From assembly GCA_036722335.1 (NCBI GenBank), contig DAIMJI010000001.1, forward strand, positions 1 to 59,914: a DNA stretch of 59,914 nt, written 5' to 3'. The stretch is from Synergistales bacterium (lineage in GTDB: Bacteria; Synergistota; Synergistia; Synergistales; 79-D21). Made by a program: the position numbers and the translations under genes. Positions 56,937 to 59,914 of the stretch are shown piece by piece. The notes beneath the pieces are model-generated. The model did not search any database. It saw only the letters and a list, made by a program, of their open reading frames with translations, and was not told the origin of the DNA. Position 1 is the stretch's first letter; each line of letters opens with the position of its first letter.

Positions 56937-57737
56937 TCAAACGGCAGCTGAAACGATCTGCAGGAAACTTTCGGCCTCCAGGGAGGCCCCTCCCACCAGG
57001 GCTCCGTCGATGTCGGGTTCTCCGAGCAAACCGGCGGCATTACCCGGCTTGACGCTGCCACCGTAAAGAACCCTCAGGCAAAACGCCGCTTCATCCCCAA
57101 AACGTTCCGCCACGAGGCGACGGATCGCCTGGCAGACTTCCTGGGCGTCCTCGCTTCTGGCCGTACGCCCTGTCCCTATGGCCCAAACCGGCTCGTAAGC
57201 GACACTAACCGTCAACCCCACATCATCGGGCGACAAGCCGACGAGGGCCTTCAGAAGCTGACGTTCGACGACAGCCATCGTTTCCCCCGATTCCCTCTCT
57301 TCCAGGGTCTCTCCCACGCAAAGGATGATCCTCAGGCCAGCGGAAAGCGCGGCAAGGGTTTTCTGGTGGACCTGTTCATCGGATTCGCCAAAGAGATGCC
57401 GCCTTTCGCTATGTCCTATAATGACGTAATCGCAGCCCGACTCCTTCAGCATTTGTGCAGAGACTTCGCCCGTAAAAGCCCCGTCTGAGGCCCAGTGGAC
57501 GTTCTGCCCTCCGACCTTGAGCCAGGGAAGGAAGGATTTCCCCTCCAAGGCCCTCCAGAGGCTCGTGAAGGGGGGAAAGAGTGCCAGTTCGACCTTCCCC
57601 TCCCCCAGGCTTTGCTTGATCGCCGGATTCCTTGAAATCAGGGCTTCGAGATCACCAAGAAACCTACCGGTCGCTGAAAGGTCGTTGTTCATTTTCCAGT
57701 TACCGGCGATAAGCGGCACTTTTTCCTTGAAAGCCAT
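56937..57737 (-). CDS. tpiA: Triosephosphate isomerase
   Basis: AGNWKM, IGHSERR, AYEPVWAIGTG, LYGGSV, GALVGGASL. Confidence 0.96.
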   Translation of the reverse strand: MAFKEKVPLIAGNWKMNNDLSATGRFLGDLEALISRNPAIKQSLGEGKVELALFPPFTSLWRALEGKSFLPWLKVGGQNVHWASDGAFTGEVSAQMLKESGCDYVIIGHSERRHLFGESDEQVHQKTLAALSAGLRIILCVGETLEERESGETMAVVERQLLKALVGLSPDDVGLTVSVAYEPVWAIGTGRTARSEDAQEVCQAIRRLVAERFGDEAAFCLRVLYGGSVKPGNAAGLLGEPDIDGALVGGASLEAESFLQIVSAAV

Positions 57738-57743
57738 GGCTTC

Positions 57744-58934
57744 CTAACCTTGGAGGTACGGTTCTATCCCCGGTAGCGGAAGCCCTTCGAAGAACTCGAG
57801 GCTGGCTCCACCCCCGGTGGAAACATGGGTAACCTGGTCACCGAAACCCAATTGGTTAACCGCGGCAGCGGTGTCTCCGCCACCAACCACTGTTAGGCAG
57901 CCCGACTTCGTGGCCACGGCAAGGCTAGCGGCTACCTCCCGTGTCCCTTTCTCAAACAAGGGTTTTTCAAAGACGCCCATCGGGCCATTCCAGAGCACGG
58001 TCGCCGACTTTTCTATCACCCTTGAGAAGGCTTTTATCGATGCGGGGCCAATATCCAATCCCATCAGATCCTCGGGGATGTTCCCGGACTGGACGGTTTC
58101 CACAGGTCCTTCCGACTCGATGGAAACGGCCGCAACGATGTCCTCCGGCAAGAGAATGCGGAGGCCCTTTGAGTCGGCTTTTGCCATCAACTCCCGCGCA
58201 AAGTCGATGCGGTCTTCCTCGACAAGCGATTTCCCTACCTGCAGGCCCTGTGCCTTGAGGAACGTGAACGCCATTCCCCCCCCGATAAGGATGGAATCCA
58301 CACGTTCGATCAGCTGGCCGATGACTCCGATCTTGTCCGATACCTTTGCCCCGCCGAGAATCAAGGTGAAAGGGCGCTTGGGGTTATCCCTGACCTGCCC
58401 CAGGATCTCCACTTCACGGCATAGGAGTTTCCCCGCGTATGAGGGCAGGAACCCGGTAATCGCCTGTGTAGAAGCGTGCGCACGATGGGCCGCGCTAAAC
58501 GCATCCATGACAAACACTTCAAAGGGATCCGCGAGAAGCCGCGCGAATGCGGGATCGTTCTTTTCCTCTTCCGGGTGGAACCGGACATTCTCAAGAACGA
58601 GGATCGAGTTTGGGCGAGCGGTTGAAACCGCCTCGGATACGGCAGGCCCCGTCGATTCCTCCACAAACCCCACATCCCAGCCTGTCAGCTCCTCCAGGCG
58701 GTATGCCGCGGGCCGCAGTGAGAATTCCGGGGAAATCTTGCCTTTCGGCCTGCCCAGGTGGGAAACCAGCGTAATTCGCGCTCCAGCCTCCCTCAGGCAA
58801 TTAAGGGTATCCAGGTGGGCAAGGATCCGGGTGTCGTCCGCAACGACCCCGCCGCGAAGCGGAACATTGAAATCCACACGGACAAGGACCCTTTTCCCTT
58901 CAAGGCCTTTATCTGGCAAGCCCTTGAGTTTCAT
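57744..58934 (-). CDS. pgk: Phosphoglycerate kinase
   Basis: RVDFNVP, SHLGRP, LENVRF, GGAKVSDKI, WNGPMGVFE, GGGDT, STGGGASLE. ATG at 58934. Confidence 0.96.
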   Translation of the reverse strand: MKLKGLPDKGLEGKRVLVRVDFNVPLRGGVVADDTRILAHLDTLNCLREAGARITLVSHLGRPKGKISPEFSLRPAAYRLEELTGWDVGFVEESTGPAVSEAVSTARPNSILVLENVRFHPEEEKNDPAFARLLADPFEVFVMDAFSAAHRAHASTQAITGFLPSYAGKLLCREVEILGQVRDNPKRPFTLILGGAKVSDKIGVIGQLIERVDSILIGGGMAFTFLKAQGLQVGKSLVEEDRIDFARELMAKADSKGLRILLPEDIVAAVSIESEGPVETVQSGNIPEDLMGLDIGPASIKAFSRVIEKSATVLWNGPMGVFEKPLFEKGTREVAASLAVATKSGCLTVVGGGDTAAAVNQLGFGDQVTHVSTGGGASLEFFEGLPLPGIEPYLQG

Positions 58935-58935
58935 C

Positions 58936-59914
58936 CTAGAGCCCCCTGGAAGCCACCATGTTGGCCAGGTCGACGACCCTGCAGCTATAGCCCCATTCGT
59001 TGTCGTACCAGGACAGGACCTTCGCGAGATTGCCAACCGCCATCGTTTGGGAAGGATCGAAAAGGGACGACGAACTGTTGCCCATAAAATCAATTGACAC
59101 CAATTCTTCATCGACGATGGACAGTATGCCTTTCATGGGGCCTTCCGCCCATCGCCGCATGGCCGTGTTGATTTCCTCAGGGCTGGCATCTCGCCCAAGG
59201 ACCGCGGTCAGGTCGACAATGGAAACATCGGGGGTCGGGACTCGAAGGGCGATGCCGTTAAGCTTGCCCTTGAGTTCCGGGATAACCCTCCCGATCGCCT
59301 TCGCCGCCCCGGTCGTCGTGGGAACGATGGATAGCGCAGCCGAACGCCCCCTGCGGCGGTCCTTGTGGGTGTGGTCCAGGATGCTCTGGTCGCTTGTGTA
59401 GGCATGGGCTGTTGTCATGAGCCCTTTCTCGATCCCGAACTCCTCCTGGAGAACCTTCGCCACCGGGGCCAGGCAGTTTGTCGTGCAGGAGGCGCAGGAA
59501 AGGACATGGTGGTTTTCGTGGTCGTAATCCCCTTCGTTGACCCCCATAACGATGGTGCAGTCGTCATCCTTGCCCGGCGCGGTGATGATAACCTTCTTGG
59601 CCCCGGCTTTGAGGTGAAGGCCTGCTCCTGCCTTGTCCCTGTATTTACCTGTCGCCTCGATGACGATATCCACGCCTGCCGATTTCCAGTCGATTTTCTC
59701 CGGGTTCGGTTCCGCGAACACCTTGACCGGGCTCCCGTCGATTATGATTGCATCCCCGGAGGCTTCAACGCTTCCCGGAAAAGTCCTGTGGACCGAATCG
59801 TACTTGAAGAGATATGCAAGGTCTTCCACCGGAACCGGTTTGTGGTTTATCGCGGCAATTTCGATCAGCCCTGCATGGCTGTGCTGGAAGAGGGATCTCA
59901 GTGTCAGTCGCCCG
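58936..59914 (-). CDS. gap: Type I glyceraldehyde-3-phosphate dehydrogenase (5' end outside the window)
   Basis: The frame stays open to the window edge (GRLTLRSLFQ...INHKP...YLFKYDSVH). ASCTTNCLAP, PTTTGAAKA, WYDNEWGYS. Confidence 0.96.
   Translation of the reverse strand, partial: GRLTLRSLFQHSHAGLIEIAAINHKPVPVEDLAYLFKYDSVHRTFPGSVEASGDAIIIDGSPVKVFAEPNPEKIDWKSAGVDIVIEATGKYRDKAGAGLHLKAGAKKVIITAPGKDDDCTIVMGVNEGDYDHENHHVLSCASCTTNCLAPVAKVLQEEFGIEKGLMTTAHAYTSDQSILDHTHKDRRRGRSAALSIVPTTTGAAKAIGRVIPELKGKLNGIALRVPTPDVSIVDLTAVLGRDASPEEINTAMRRWAEGPMKGILSIVDEELVSIDFMGNSSSSLFDPSQTMAVGNLAKVLSWYDNEWGYSCRVVDLANMVASRGL

Noticed and set aside
57817-59097. 426-aa + strand ORF opposite pgk
   Set aside because: Antisense to a clear pgk; Ser/Thr/Pro-rich composition typical of off-frame translation.

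Overview
A dense, GC-rich chromosomal core segment from an anaerobic amino-acid-fermenting bacterium. Synergistota is my inference from gene content and order; it is not proven. There are about 60 CDSs, almost all on the + strand. In order: meaB; an rpiB-upp fusion; tagO/wecA-like, wecB, murA, hisC-like; a P-loop/Asp23 fusion; udg; uppS-cdsA-dxr-rseP-ispG; a polyamine operon (pdaD-speE-speB); arcA-argF; nikR with a divergent nitrilase-family gene; nadE-yebC-ruvCAB-DUF2905-spoIID-queA; an AmmeMemoRadiSam pair; a histidine-utilisation operon with an embedded LIV-type ABC transporter; mltG-yqeH-tldD-ftsK-thiN; rpmB; xseB-ispA-dxs-tlyA-nadK-recN; rplU-rpmA-obgE-nadD-LCP-rsfS; and a convergent gap-pgk-tpiA. 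I saw no tRNA/rRNA gene, CRISPR array, transposase or prophage gene. The most interesting signals are: (1) a G9 tract inside the 16-nt spacer of a consensus TTGACA/TATAAT promoter for the polyamine operon, a candidate phase-variable switch; (2) a hut operon that carries a HAAT/LIV-family transporter, is apparently driven from a promoter and inverted repeat hidden in the upstream radical SAM gene, and is split by an internal terminator; (3) the RpiB-Upp fusion; (4) a GAPDH with non-canonical coenzyme-specificity residues; (5) a CTG-initiated nadD; (6) an uncharacterised Memo/LigB-AMMECR1 plus radical SAM system next to queA. All family assignments come from motif recognition by eye; no database search was run.
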